From the NCBI GenBank assembly GCA_964247055.1, contig OZ176055.1, forward strand, positions 6,076,001 to 6,140,000: a stretch of 64,000 bases of DNA, read 5' to 3'. A program made the position numbers and the translations under genes. Shown one piece after another: positions 1 to 17,297 of the stretch. Numbering within the stretch: position 1 is the stretch's first letter; each line of letters begins with the position of its first letter. The DNA comes from Paragordius varius. Its lineage: Eukaryota; Animalia; Nematomorpha. The notes beneath the pieces were generated by a model that made no database searches, was not told the DNA's origin, and saw nothing but the letters and a program-made list of their open reading frames with translations.

Positions 1-554
1 GTTCTTCTCTCAATATAGCTTGTGTAGGAAAACAACGGGCCCACATACCCTGATAAAAATATAAAAATAGACAATTAAATAAGAGCAAAAAATATAATTG
101 TTGAGGATATGTACCTCCATAAAGAAGACACCCTTTTGGTTAGCCAATTTTATCATTTCCTCTGTCTCACGATAATTCATACCCAGGGGTTTTTCGCACA
201 AAATATTTTTATTGTATTTAAGCAACATTTTAACAACTTTAAGGTGCTCACTATTAATGACCGAAACATATATTACGTCTAAATATGACAAATAAAAACA
301 AACCTAATTCAGAATCTTTGCCTAATTCTTCATAACTTCCATATGCTTTTGGAATTTGACGTTCAGAGGCAAAAGTTTTCGCTTTTTTCAAATCTCTAGC
401 GGCAACGGCCATAATCTATTATAATAAACATATTTTGCACCTTATGTCCATTATCAGGGTCACTTAAGAGACCGATACAGAAATCATTAGAAATTCTACC
501 AGCGGAACATATTCCCCATCTCAATGGTTTATCAGCGGAGGATGAATCAGCCAT
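1..554 (-). CDS. DHDH: Trans-1,2-dihydrobenzene-1,2-diol dehydrogenase-like oxidoreductase (Gfo/Idh/MocA family), 3' end outside window
   Basis: ATG at 554. Spliced translation [25 protein letters not shown]...[14 protein letters not shown]...YGSYEEL...[13 protein letters not shown]...[10 protein letters not shown]...[12 protein letters not shown] has the family motifs. GT-AG introns at 416-440 (25 nt), 279-303 (25 nt) and 50-114 (65 nt) keep the frame. Confidence 0.93.
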
Positions 555-632
555 TTACAAAGCGTGATAATGAAAAACTAAGGTTATTTTTACAACCCAT
601 TCAAAATACCTTACTTAAAAACAATTTTACAT

Positions 633-1100
633 ATGAATATTACCACTGCTGAATTAAAGAAAAAAGCCTTTTTGCGAAGGAATGCGATAGAGATTTTATA
701 TAAAATGCTACAAATCACAAGGTTTGAAGAGAGAGAATTAGAATCATTTGTAAATTAAGCTTATAAATTAAGCTACCATACATTGAGCGGCAGGATTTTT
801 TGGATTTTATCCTAGAAAGATCTTTGGATCCTATTTGTGGTAATCCGTTTTGCACAAATACCGAGGTTTACAAATTTAAATAGTAGCGAGTTAATGAAAG
901 AAAAAGCAAAGTATAAAATAGATAATTCAAAGCAAAAATTGTATTTATCCTCTGAACTTGAAAAATTTTGTAGTGTTAACTGTTACGAAAAAACTTATTC
1001 ACGATTAAATGCCATACCAGAAGTTGCACTTTGGCTTCGCCCCGAATGCCAAGCTTTATTGCAAAATTATGATTTTGAACACGATATTCAGCGCATTTAA
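633..1100 (+). CDS. RPAP2: RPAP2/Rtr1-like RNA Pol II CTD phosphatase, about 139 aa
   Basis: Spliced translation ...ERSLDPICGNPFCTN...KYKIDNSKQKLY...EKFCSVNCY matches the Rtr1/RPAP2 zinc-binding pattern (human ERSIVKLCGYPLC...KYKISTKTNKVY...FCSNFCY). Introns 750-772 (23 nt) and 866-890 (25 nt) are required for frame. Confidence 0.85.
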
Positions 1101-2329
1101 AATATAAATATTATTTCAATAAATTTATCGTTTGCACATATTTCTAATTATATTTTTTGTTTTTCATCCATATCTAGAAAGTAATTAGATTTTGGTTTCT
1201 GTTAGGCCAATTTTTGTCTGTAAAAAATATAACCGGTTCCTCACAAATAATCACGTCCCTAAATTTAATCTAAAATAGTTTTTATTTAGTCAATTTAAAT
1301 ATTCTGAACATAAAATTCAACTATTTTTCTTCCCAAAAGTAAAGTATGCTTTTTGGGTAAATAAACTAATTGGGATCAATGCAGAATTTTTTCCTTATTA
1401 CATTGTATTCTTTTCATTTTTAGTAAATTGGTTAATATATATATATATATATTTAATTGGTTTTAATTAGCGAAAACGTTTAGGCCCTTCATGGGTATTG
1501 GTAGGTTTTTTTTATAAATAAGGCGTAATTTTGTTATAAATGTAATAATCAATGTTTTTGGCTATAATGAAATTATCAATCAATATATTATGATTAAAAA
1601 AAACTTTAATTTTTAATATTTAAATAGGCACAACAGAATCGGCTTCGCCGGCCGCATTTAAAAATATATGTCATTAATAACTATATTATATGGTTTAAGA
1701 GATAAAACTGTAATTATATAAATAACCTATTATTTCACCAATTGCTAATGCCGAAATTATGGAAGCGTTTATTCAAAGTTTAAGAAATTTTTGGATTTCA
1801 TTTATCATATAAATAGCCATATTTACAAATTAAAAAATTTTTTATTTCAAAGTTTTTTGGGCCATATAAAATACCTTGGAGGCCCGCATGTTAAGCACAT
1901 CTTCTTTATATTTTGTTTAGCTATTGTATCCAACCGAAACAATCAGCTGATTTTAAGAATGTATAATTTTTTTGCAAGCCCTAATTAAAACATTAAAGTT
2001 TAATTATTATTTTTAATCATAATTTATTTTCAAAATACAATTATCGTGACTTACATAAAAACCAGAGAACTATTAAGCGGAAAAATGTTTGAAATCTAGG
2101 AATTTTCATTTTTCATTTTTTTTTAATTTGCACTCAAAAGTTCATAGAATGCATATTATTAAATTTGGACAAATATTTAAAAACTATTAAAATATTAAAG
2201 GTAATCGTTCTCGGTACACAACTATCCAAAAGTCAAGGAAGGGTCAATAATCCGACGAAATAGTTTCGGCTTTAGTGTCTTTTTCGGTTTCATTTTTAAT
2301 TTCCTAATATGATTTTGTCAGAATACAAA

Positions 2330-2760
2330 TAATAGATATACAAATTGTGGCGCTTTTGGCCGATTAAGGACTCTTAGAAATTTCGGAAAACTTTCTCCAT
2401 TCAATTCTGTTATGGGCTGTTACGGATTTTTGCAGAGAGATTTGACAGATAAAATAGATTATTATCCAACGAATGCATCTATTTTTTGTTGAAATTCACT
2501 AGTATGGGCATAAGTTATTACCCGTGTAACTAAAAGAAGACGTCTATGAAAAGTACGCAGACGATTAATTCTCAGGCACCATTTTTTTTATCTATCATTA
2601 AGCAAATAAAAGTTGAATATGCGAAAAGGTAACGTCATTTTTTAAGATGGATTAATATGTCGAATTTTTACCTGAAAAAGAACATTTGCTGCGCGGATTG
2701 CTTTTCTCTTCCATCAATAAAAATAGGCAATTTAGAGTAATCGTTTGCTCGTAGATACCT
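2330..2760 (-). mobile_element. Heavily decayed RTE-clade LINE 3' fragment
   Basis: Broken minus-strand peptides (DGREKQ..., ILKNDVTFSHIQLY, RWIIIYF...AHNRIEWRK) weakly echo the RTE ORF C-terminus seen more clearly at 33.3 and 47.7 kb. Confidence 0.35.
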
Positions 2761-3479
2761 ATTAACATGTTCCATCTACTAAAGCATGCAAATGCCCATG
2801 TGAAGGTTGAAACAATGTTCATACATTCGTTCTTTTGGTGAAGATAAAAAGCTCATCCTACCTTCACTTGCGTGCTATAAAACGAGCATATAAAATTGAG
2901 GATCGTAGGATTTTTAATACTTTATAACTTTTGAACTATATGGAATTTTTGAATTCTGAAAAGTGTTCCAAATAAAGTAAACAGTATATTATAATATTTT
3001 AGCTGACAAAAGATTATTTGTTGAAAGTATTATCAAAAATTTTAATTATATTAGAAGGAATTAAAACTAAATAAATACTTGGGTATTTTTTATTAATTAG
3101 CTCTAATTTTTAGTCCAGTATAATTTTCGTTGGCAATTAAAACTAAAAAATGCCATATAATTACTATTTATCAACATTCGACACTATAGTGGATAATCCT
3201 GGGTATATATCATATTTTAATCGTCCAAGTAAGTTTCTTAAATCTATTTTATCTATTATTTATAAATGTACGAGTATTAAGCGAAAATCAATACGAGAGC
3301 TTTTCTTAGCCGATTTTTTAATATGTGGCTTCATCGGAAATCAACCTCAAAAAGTACACTCAACATTCACATAAAATAAACATATGATTTAAAACGAGCC
3401 CATTTCGGTGAAGGTAGAGACACCTTCACATGGGCCAAAGTTGAAAATTAGAAAGGTGTGACAATCTGAAAGAGAGTGA

Positions 3480-4250
3480 ATGTTCTGGTAGACTACGAAA
3501 AGATAACAATGGCAAGAGTTATTAAATGATGAATCAATTCAAATTAACGGCAATTGGGATAAGAATGGAATTTATAGCAAAAAAACTAGCAATAGACATC
3601 TTCAATGGGAAAGGCCAATAAACATGGTAAACGGTTTCCAAACAATTACAATGATGTCAAACCGATATCTCAAATTGAACTGTAAAACCCTGCTTCATTT
3701 TCGCGAAAAGAAATAATTTTGCACCAAGTATGAGGGGTCATGAGCAGTGGGTTTATTGTGTAAATCCAAGGTGAAAAAATCGTAGCTTTCATGCCAAGTC
3801 GTACATCAACTACAGGGCCAAATCGCTTCGGCAAAAAGGCCTTATGTGTCTGCTGGGATCAGAGGTATATAAACTTTTGAAACTCGATGAAACCGTTGTT
3901 AATACACAAGGCTATCGCTAACAAAGTTTATTTTAAACAAGGCATTAATAGAAAAACGATTAGAATGGGCCAGAAGATATGGCAAAATTATTTTTACAAG
4001 AAAATGATGCGTTGACGCAGCAAAATCAGTGAAACACCTTAAAATTTCTTCAATGGGAAATTCTTCCGGATCTGCTGTATTCTCTTCATTTAACGCTATT
4101 GGACTATTATCTCTTTGCATCAATGGGTCACACAGCTCTTCAAAATCTTCAAAGATGTCGAAAAATGGTTTGACGAATGGTTGTCAGCAAGAAACAGATA
4201 AAGACTTATGTTATGACTACACCTGGTGTTTTACATCCTCTTATTTCTTT
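3480..4250 (+). mobile_element. Mariner (Mos1-like) transposase pseudogene
   Basis: Frameshifted or stop-containing peptides MGKANKHGKRFP, HEQWVYCVNP, NRFGKKALCVCWDQ, ALIEKRLEWARRYGKII, WEILPDLLYSLHLTLLDYYLFASMGH and FKDVEKWFDEWLSA follow the Mos1 transposase in order. Confidence 0.9.
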
Positions 4251-4918
4251 TTGAGTTTTCCCGTTATTATGTAACTAAAATAGCTAAATTTTTGCTTGAT
4301 ATCTTTACCTCGTACTCAAACAGGTGAAAAAGCGCTCATATATAGATACTTTAACTAACCTTTCTCCTATCTAAATCTATCATTTGCTGGAAACAAATTA
4401 ATTGTTAAATGAATTGTTTGAATTACCCAGTTTCTAATAGGCTTTTTTGTTATTGAAAAAAAATTTAAGAATAAAAATTAACTTAAAATTACACACATGT
4501 ATTTATGATGCTGAATATCCGAAGTGTTCTTTGATGTTTTTATTAAAAAGACATCAGCCAACGTTAATAAAAGGATCAAATCGAGTTGTTAGCTTCATAA
4601 ACCAAAATAAAATTTAAAGTTTATTATGGATAATAATTAAGGTCCTCTCCAAAGATATATGTGGCTAACCTTGCCAAATCGGACAAAATCCATAAAACAA
4701 TGGATTTAAACAACAAAAATAATTGTTTTTATCATTTATTAAAGAAATACTTAGTATAAATAGTTATATATTAAAAAACTACAAAGCTCTATTGCAATAT
4801 AAATCATTATTATATTTTTTGGTATATATATGATAATATAAGATTAAAACTAACTGTTAAACATAAATTACTATAAATATATAGACATTTATATATATAT
4901 ATATATATATATCAAAGA

Positions 4919-5865
4919 TTAATGTTTGTTAATAGATTCATTGCCATTGTTTAGCAGTAGGCTATCTTCTGTGAGCGTTTCTAAACTTGGAGGGGGAGAC
5001 GCGTTTTCGGGCGTCAAAAAATTATCTTGACTAGGAGAGAGGGGATTTAAATCGGATGGCAAAAGGACACCTTCTTGCACGGCAATCTCAACCTAAAATG
5101 AACCGTTATAGAAATTAATGTTCAAATGATTTTGAACTAATTGATTTCTTTTTTAAATTTTACAGTTAAATTTTTAAATTTGCACATAAAACTATGATTC
5201 GGTTTTGATAAATTATAAGTATAGTTTATAACATATTTTAACAGAAAAATTTAAAAAAATTATTTTCATAACTATTTTCAAATTTTAGGTCCCGAAAAAA
5301 TGGAGACAAAAGGCAAAACCATAATGGATTCTTAGATAGAAGATAAAAAAAAAAAAATTTGGAACCAGCTAATCCAGATATGCTTCCAAATTCATGCTTT
5401 TAAGATCTTGAAAAAGATCAAACATTACATAATTTTAATGTGGGATTTTTTATTAAATTTTATTCCAATCGCCTTAAATTACCAGTCCTCTGTCACTTTC
5501 CGTATCCACGGCAGCAGCTATTAGTTGAGGCAAAACAGTTACGCCTTCAGTCGCGAGAGTTAAATCATATTCGTTCTCGGCAAAATCGCCTTCCTCAATG
5601 TCGAATCCACTTTCATCTTGGTACGAAATATAAAAGATTAGAGTATAAAATAAGCACATACAACCCTTTGGAAACAACCGCAAAGGGCGCCCAACACGTT
5701 CCTGGAGCGAAACATTAAAAATGACATAAAAATACTAAACCTGGACATTACCAAATGTCTAGATAAGGACCTTTGGAATAAGACCGTAAATGGAAACCTT
5801 CAAACATAAAGTCAAAAAGCCATCAAGTATCAAGTAATTATTTGTCTTATTAAATTTATGCATTA
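4919..5865 (-). CDS. Spliced exons of an unrecognised protein region, probably the C-terminal module of the BTBD10-like gene
   Basis: Seven GT-AG-bounded, phase-compatible exons give MHKFNKTNNYLILDGFLTLCLK-TFGNVQ-ERVGRPLRLFPK-DESGFDIEEGDF...DRGL-ILKHEFGSISGLA-ESIMVLPFVSIFSGPKILKI-VEIAVQEGVLLPSDLNPL...SINKH*. Stop at 4919-4921. No family recognised. Confidence 0.6.
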
Positions 5866-5911
5866 CTAAAAAAGTATTGAGCGATAAATTAAATAAAAGT
5901 TTTATTTAAAT

Positions 5912-6094
5912 CAGGGGTGTTCAACACAAATATTTACGCGGGTTGATAAATTTTTGGTTTTATATTTATATCCAAATATTGCCAAATTTTGGATATGATA
6001 TCTTTTAAATAATCGTAATTTTTTTATTAAGATCCATTTTTTTTATTTTTAGATCACTTTTGCTTACCAAAAAAGCGTGTTAAACGACCCCCTG
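5912..6094. mobile_element. hAT-type MITE (CAGGGG termini) with 8-bp TSD
   Basis: Starts caggggtgttcaacac and ends gtgttaaacgaccccctg; atttaaat directly flanks both ends (5904-5911, 6095-6102). Confidence 0.85.
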
Positions 6095-6534
6095 ATTTAA
6101 ATTATGATAAGACTAGAGAAGCTGGATGGTTTCAATAAATATTTAATGACCATTAAGATAATCTAGTTTGTCCAGGAAATATAATTTAACATAAAACTTT
6201 CTTATCAATATATAGATTTCTCCTTTTTATCTTAGCGGTAAAAATGTAAATTAGCTAGTATGCCTAACATATCCACGTTATTCAATAATAGTTTAAAAAG
6301 AGATATAGTTATTTTTATACTGTAAATATAATCATTCATATACTGTTAAATATGGTTGCAAAAATTTTCAATAATCAAAATTGAAAAATATTTCTTTTTA
6401 AAAAGGCAAACCTAACACACAACCTGTTTAAGGAGCAAATATCTTATAATATTTATGAATTAATAGGTTTTTAATATGAAAAAATATCTGTTCGAATTTC
6501 GGAATATCACAATAATATATATGTATATATATAC

Positions 6535-11625
<5,091 letters not shown>

Positions 11626-11668
11626 TTCTTAAATCATCTGTGTTTCTTTTTTCTGCATCTCAGCAAAA

Positions 11669-12027
11669 ATGAGTGATAAGTTGCAGTACGAAATGCAAAG
11701 GTTTGAGCAAGAATTGATGTATGCTATGGATACTAACAGTAACTACTATATTCGTTATTTATGTTTTTAAAATAATGACTAAAACATTGTTTTATTTCCT
11801 AGGCACTCCCGGTCATATGACAGCAGATCAATTTTTGCGGAAATCTTTACCACCTCCACCACCAATAAATCCTCCCCAACAACAACAATCCTATGCTAAT
11901 AATTTGTTTAATATGCCTTCAACAGCAGCTCCCATTTTACCAACTCAATTTATACCACCTCAACTCAAACATCGGTACATGATATTTAAATTTGTTTCTT
12001 AGCTAGTAAATAATTAAGAAATATTTT

Positions 12028-12074
<47 letters not shown>

Positions 12075-15000
12075 CCATTTTCATTCAAACAAAACCTCTT
12101 TTTATTTAATTTAACTGAACATCAAGAAAAAAAATTCTCAAATGTTTAATAATTTTGGCCTTTAACATTTATTCTGAAATATTAAAATTGTTGAATTCGA
12201 TAAAATAGTTATATTATATATACCATTTATAATTCAAATTTACCCTTAAACAATTCAAATTCACCTTCGAACATTTTAAAATGACCTCTGATTTCAAATT
12301 TACCCTAAAAATAAGTTGTTTTGGGCTAATATAACTCATCATTAATATGATATATATTTTTACAACATAGTTTATTGTTTTTTCCGCATTATATTAAAAA
12401 ATAAAGGTAATTTTTAATGTAACCAAGCACAATTTATTTTAGGGTCAATTTGAATTGTTCGAGGGTGAATATGAATTGTTCAAGGGTGAATTTAAACTGT
12501 AAATGGTATATTAACATGAGTGGCTTCTATAATGACTCCGATTGATAAAAATATTTTTATATTCTGCCGTATTTTAAAAACGATAAAAAATTATTATATT
12601 TTATTAATTTTGGCTCATTATGACAGTAAAACCAAGTTGTAGGAAGATTTTTATTCAAATATTATGGCTTCATTTGAAATCCTGCGGAATGATTAGCTTT
12701 AAGTTAATTAGTTTTTATGCATAATGTTTATTCCAAAAAAAGTCAGTGTGAAGGGTATACCGACCTGGCTCCACTATCATCTGTAATATACGTTATGAGT
12801 AAAATATACATTACTATTTTTTTATTAATTAATGCTGCCAGATAGCATATACCATTTGCACTTTAAGAGAGTCCTTGAACACTTCAAGTTTGTCCTTTGA
12901 CTTTTTTGTGTTTTTAACTTTTATCCATCAAATCGTTTTTCATTTATCTATTTTACCTCTTTTAACCTATTTTCTATTATTTAGCATAAATTTTAAATCA
13001 ATAACAACTTTCAATGATTCAGAAACCGTATAACTTAAATAATTTTTTTAAATTATTTAAAATATTTATAAGAATACACGTAATTAAAAAAATATACAAG
13101 TTTTCTGCATTATTATTCACAAAATTTTATTGAAAAAATTAAAGTTAATAATTTTGTTAAATTGAAAAAAATAAGTTTAAAACAAAAAACTGGTTTTTGA
13201 ATACAAATTGTTATATTTAAATAAACAAATATATAATAGATAAGGAAAATTAGGTCAAATAATATTAAATAATAAAATTGATGCAAATATTATGGTTAAA
13301 TTAAAATTTAAAAATTTTAAGGATCAACTTGAAATGTTCAAGGACCAACTTAAAGTGTTCAAAGACCAACGTAAAATGTTTAAGGACCAACTTAAATTGT
13401 TCAAGGACACTCTTGGTGCAAATGGTATACTATAAAGCAAAGAAGAGTATTATTGGCTTTATAGTTATTTTTTATACTACTACTTTTAACCAATAATATT
13501 GATTGATCTTTGCCATATATGCTCTCTGTTTGGGGCAATATTTAAATAGTTATTCGGTATTTTTTGTGAGTTTTTTTTTATAAAAATCTAACTTTTTTTT
13601 AGTATGATGATGACTCAACAATCTCCACAAAATCAATTTCAATCGCATCAACAAATGATGTATAATACTGGCGGTCAATTGGAACAACATCAAAGTCATC
13701 AAGCTTATATGCATGCCAATGCGACAAATATTAATCCTATTATGTCATCTCAACTAAATGCTCAACAAACAAACGTATCATTTGTCATGCAAAATAAAAC
13801 CAATGTTAATACGGTTAATTATTCTTGTTCCACAAGTGGTGGTGGTGTTAATAATCAAAATTTGGGTACTACTCCGACAAACACATCAAACAATAGGTAA
13901 TTGATTTTTTTTTAATTCAATGAAATGAGAAAGTTTTAATAGCGTTGTAAAAGATATTGCATATAAACTCTTAAACAATTTATATGCAATGTTTGAATTA
14001 ACATGTGATAAATCTTCTGACTACCTTTGGTGATATATACTTTTTGGATTTTTGCTCAATACTATAAAATAACTAAAATATAAGGTTTATTAATTTATTC
14101 CTTCAGTTATATTATAACAAATAATATAGACATTTGACATGATTTAAAATTAACATTTATGATAAACACTGATTTGTTACTTTTATTTTACAAAAAAATT
14201 AAAAATATATTCATTTTTGGCCGTATATGGTTAGAAAAATGTTGATGGCTAAATAGATACTGCAGAATGGATTCATCAAAGGTCGTATATGGTGTATTTA
14301 GTACATTTTTTTTAACCATGTGCTAATCATTTATTCCTTTTGAATATTCATTTATTTTTTCGTGATAATCATATATTTAGATTTATTGTCAAGCCTCCAT
14401 CTTTCTTGACTGACAAAAATTTAAATGCCAACAGCAATGTTACTAAACCAGAAAAGGTATTTTAATTAATTTGTTTTTTTACATTAATGATGATTAAACA
14501 ATGCTGTATTTACACGATTTTACACTATTTTCCATATCTAGCCCACGATAAAGACGATTGAAAAAACTGAACCAACCATTATATTAGCCGCTCCTTCTGT
14601 TAAATATACCAATACGACCACACCTAAGGCGAATGTATTTATAATATATTTAATCATTGTTTTATCAGTTTTAAATGCTTTTTATTATATGTTTTTTTTG
14701 CTATAAAAATTATAGGCTTTTAGCAAACTTTTACCGACTGATTTGGCTAAACACACACCTCTTGCATATACCCTTAAAAGTAATACCTCTAATGCGACTA
14801 AAACTGCAAAGAATGAAAGTGGATCTTTTACACAGGCCACCTTCACAAGTTATTACTAATTAATTTACATTTGGTTTTTTGATGTTTGATTTCAATTTTA
14901 TTAGAAAGATTGAAAAATTATTTTTTTACATTCTAATGTATTTATTGGAGTATATTATATTGATCGATACATGCTGACTATTATTTTGAACGCAGAATAT

Positions 15001-16743
15001 ACATTCTTCTATTTTTTATTTGAAAAATAAAAATAACTCTGCTTTTCATATGTATGATCCTTTTAAAGTATTACATGTTTTATAATTTTTCTTGCAGATC
15101 AAACTCAATTGCTCCCAAATGTTACGCCATTGGTATCAGATACTCCAATGACCCCTAAAATTACAATTCTTAAGGATTCTTCTAAGATCGCATTTTCTAA
15201 CAATGCGTTATCAACAAATCATAAAAATTCTACTGGCGAAGACGTAAAAAGTAAAAAAGACAAAAAGAATAAGAAAAAAAAGAAAAAGTCAAACAATAAT
15301 AATCCCATGAATCAAAACACAAGCACTACTAATCCTTTGACTTTGGTGCATGGGGGGACCTCGTCTGGGGTTGGGGCACCTCCCCTCAAGAAAAATAAAA
15401 TTATTGTCCGTTATTCTGAAGGCTCGTGTTGGTTTGATCCATCATTGCTGGATTGGGATCCTAGTACCCTTTTTAGAATTATTAATACAATTTGAAATTA
15501 CTAATTATTATATAATCTAATACTTTAAATTACATTACATTTTCTACAATTTTAGGATAGGGTATATCGATCTTATTAACTTTGTAATAATTATTTTATT
15601 TGGCTTACAATAAATTTTTGCATCAATCGTACTTAAAAATTTTATTAATCATTTTTTAATAATTTTATATTCAGTGAACTATACTTTACTAGTTTTTCAA
15701 TAAGTAATACCAGGTAGTATGCAGCAAAGAGTTTTATTATTGGATAGCGAGAAAAAATAACTACAAGCCATTAATATTTCTCTTTGCTGAGTATGCTATC
15801 TGGCAACACCTAACGAAAACTAGCTATTTATTCATAATTTTTACTAATTTACAATAAAGTTATATCCATTAAACAGATGATTATCGAATATTTTGTGGTG
15901 ATTTGGGAAACGAAGTAACTGATGAGGTGTTAGCCCGTGCTTTTAACCGTTATCCCTCGTTTCAGAGGGCTCGTGTTATACGTGATAAACGGAACAATAA
16001 AACCAAAGGTTACGGTTTCGTAAGTTTTAAAGATGCCCTTGATTACGCCAAAGCCATGAAAGAAATGAATGGTAATATTTTTTTTTGAGTTAGCTAAGTA
16101 GGATGGTTGTTTTGTGGTTTTTAATTTGAAAATTGTTTTTACAATATTTTTTAATATCCATATTTTTTTATTCTTGATTTTTCTTTAAAACATATGTTAT
16201 TACCATTTTAAATTATAAATTTGACCAATATATTAATTTACAGTTTTATTCCTTATTTTGCGACCCAAAATGATAGGCTATGATAATTAAGATATAAGGA
16301 ATTAGGTGTTCTTTATTTTAAATTTTACCGTAAACGATATAATTTATGCTTAATGACAATATACTCTTGCAAAATATTTTGAATGATTTAAGATTAATAT
16401 CATTAAACTCATGAAGTTAAAAGTTTCTACTACTTGTCCGTATTGTTGGATGATCCCATTTTGTAAACTTACACTCTTCAATTTTTGAAGTCTTATGATT
16501 CAATTATTCATTAGAATAAATAATATTCTTGGAAATGATATCTAGAAGTTTTTATATCCTTTTTTTCATTAATTTTTTATACGTTTTAAAGTTAAATAAA
16601 AATTTTTTTGATAAATAGGAAAGTATGTGGGAGGAAGACCCGTTAAATTGCGTAAAAGCATCTGGAGAGAACGGAATCTTGATTTGGTTCGCAAAAAGAT
16701 CAAAGATAAACAAAAACTTGTGGCTGAAATCAAGGCTTTGTAA
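11669..16743 (+). CDS. RBM42: RNA-binding protein 42 (single C-terminal RRM)
   Basis: Starts MSDKLQYEMQRFEQELM, has Pro/Gln-rich middle exons, and ends CWFDPSLLDWDP-DDYRIFCGDLGNEVTDEVLARAFNRYPSFQRARVIRDKRNNKTKGYGFVSFKD...MNG-KYVGGRPVKLRKSIWRERNLDLVRKK...AL*. Confidence 0.95.
12031..12072. repeat. (TA)n microsatellite
   Basis: Uninterrupted AT dinucleotide run. Confidence 0.95.
12223..12506. mobile_element. MITE family A (CCATTTA...TAAATGG termini, TA/TATA flanks, subterminal aattcaaattcaccc repeats)
   Basis: Terminal inverted repeats with inverted subterminal repeats. Related copies near 9303, 24150-24390, 46077-46305, 55049-55296 and 56617-56952. Confidence 0.85.
12852..13425. mobile_element. 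MITE family B (CCATTTGCAC...GTGCAAATGG) with 21-bp subterminal tandem repeats
   Basis: 10-bp perfect TIR flanked by tata. Four units like aaggaccaacttaaagtgttc at 13319-13402, mirrored inverted at the left end. Confidence 0.85.
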
Positions 16744-17297
16744 TGTAGGACTAAACTATTTTTCTAACAAATATATATGTTAATGGTTAATTGATAAATA
16801 AATGTAACGTGATTGATTATTTTAGTTTGAATACTAATTTCAAAATTGTGCGTTTTTTAACGTTAAAAATAATATAATTTGCAATATAAAAATAAATTGG
16901 AGGCCTGTAATTGGATAAGTAAAACAGTAAAATCTCAATAATTATTACTTTCGCAAGATCATAAAGCTCCACCTTTTTAAACATTAATATACAGTTCAAT
17001 TTCAGTTGATGTGACGTTTTAAAAATTTGGATAATTTCATCGGGTAATTTTTCTTTGAAGCACAACGAAATATTTTAATATAATGTAATATCAAGTACGA
17101 CCCTAATGAACAGGTTTTTAAAACCGTTTAGATCTGGTTTGACCCTTTGCCACGTTTTCTTTTAAATTCTCCAACAACAACAGATTTAGGGTCTAGTTTT
17201 GGCAATTTTGATTCCCCAAGACAATTAACATAATACATCACTTAATCAAATAATATTTAAATTTTATACATTATTTATTTAATAAATATATATGGTG

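Noticed and set aside
1375-1700. GC-richer blocks with GT/AG ends that might be small plus-strand exons
   Set aside because: Several incompatible readings, no recognisable protein and no clear start.
13319-13402. Four 21-bp direct repeats as a CRISPR-like array
   Set aside because: No spacers; they are subterminal repeats of a TIR-bounded MITE in a eukaryotic intron.
14620-14640. Possible GC-AG donor in RBM42
   Set aside because: A canonical in-frame GT donor lies 6 nt downstream.
17125-17245. Short open frames on both strands between the RBM42 and ASCC2 stops
   Set aside because: Under 40 codons, no homology recognised; may be overlapping 3' UTR sequence.
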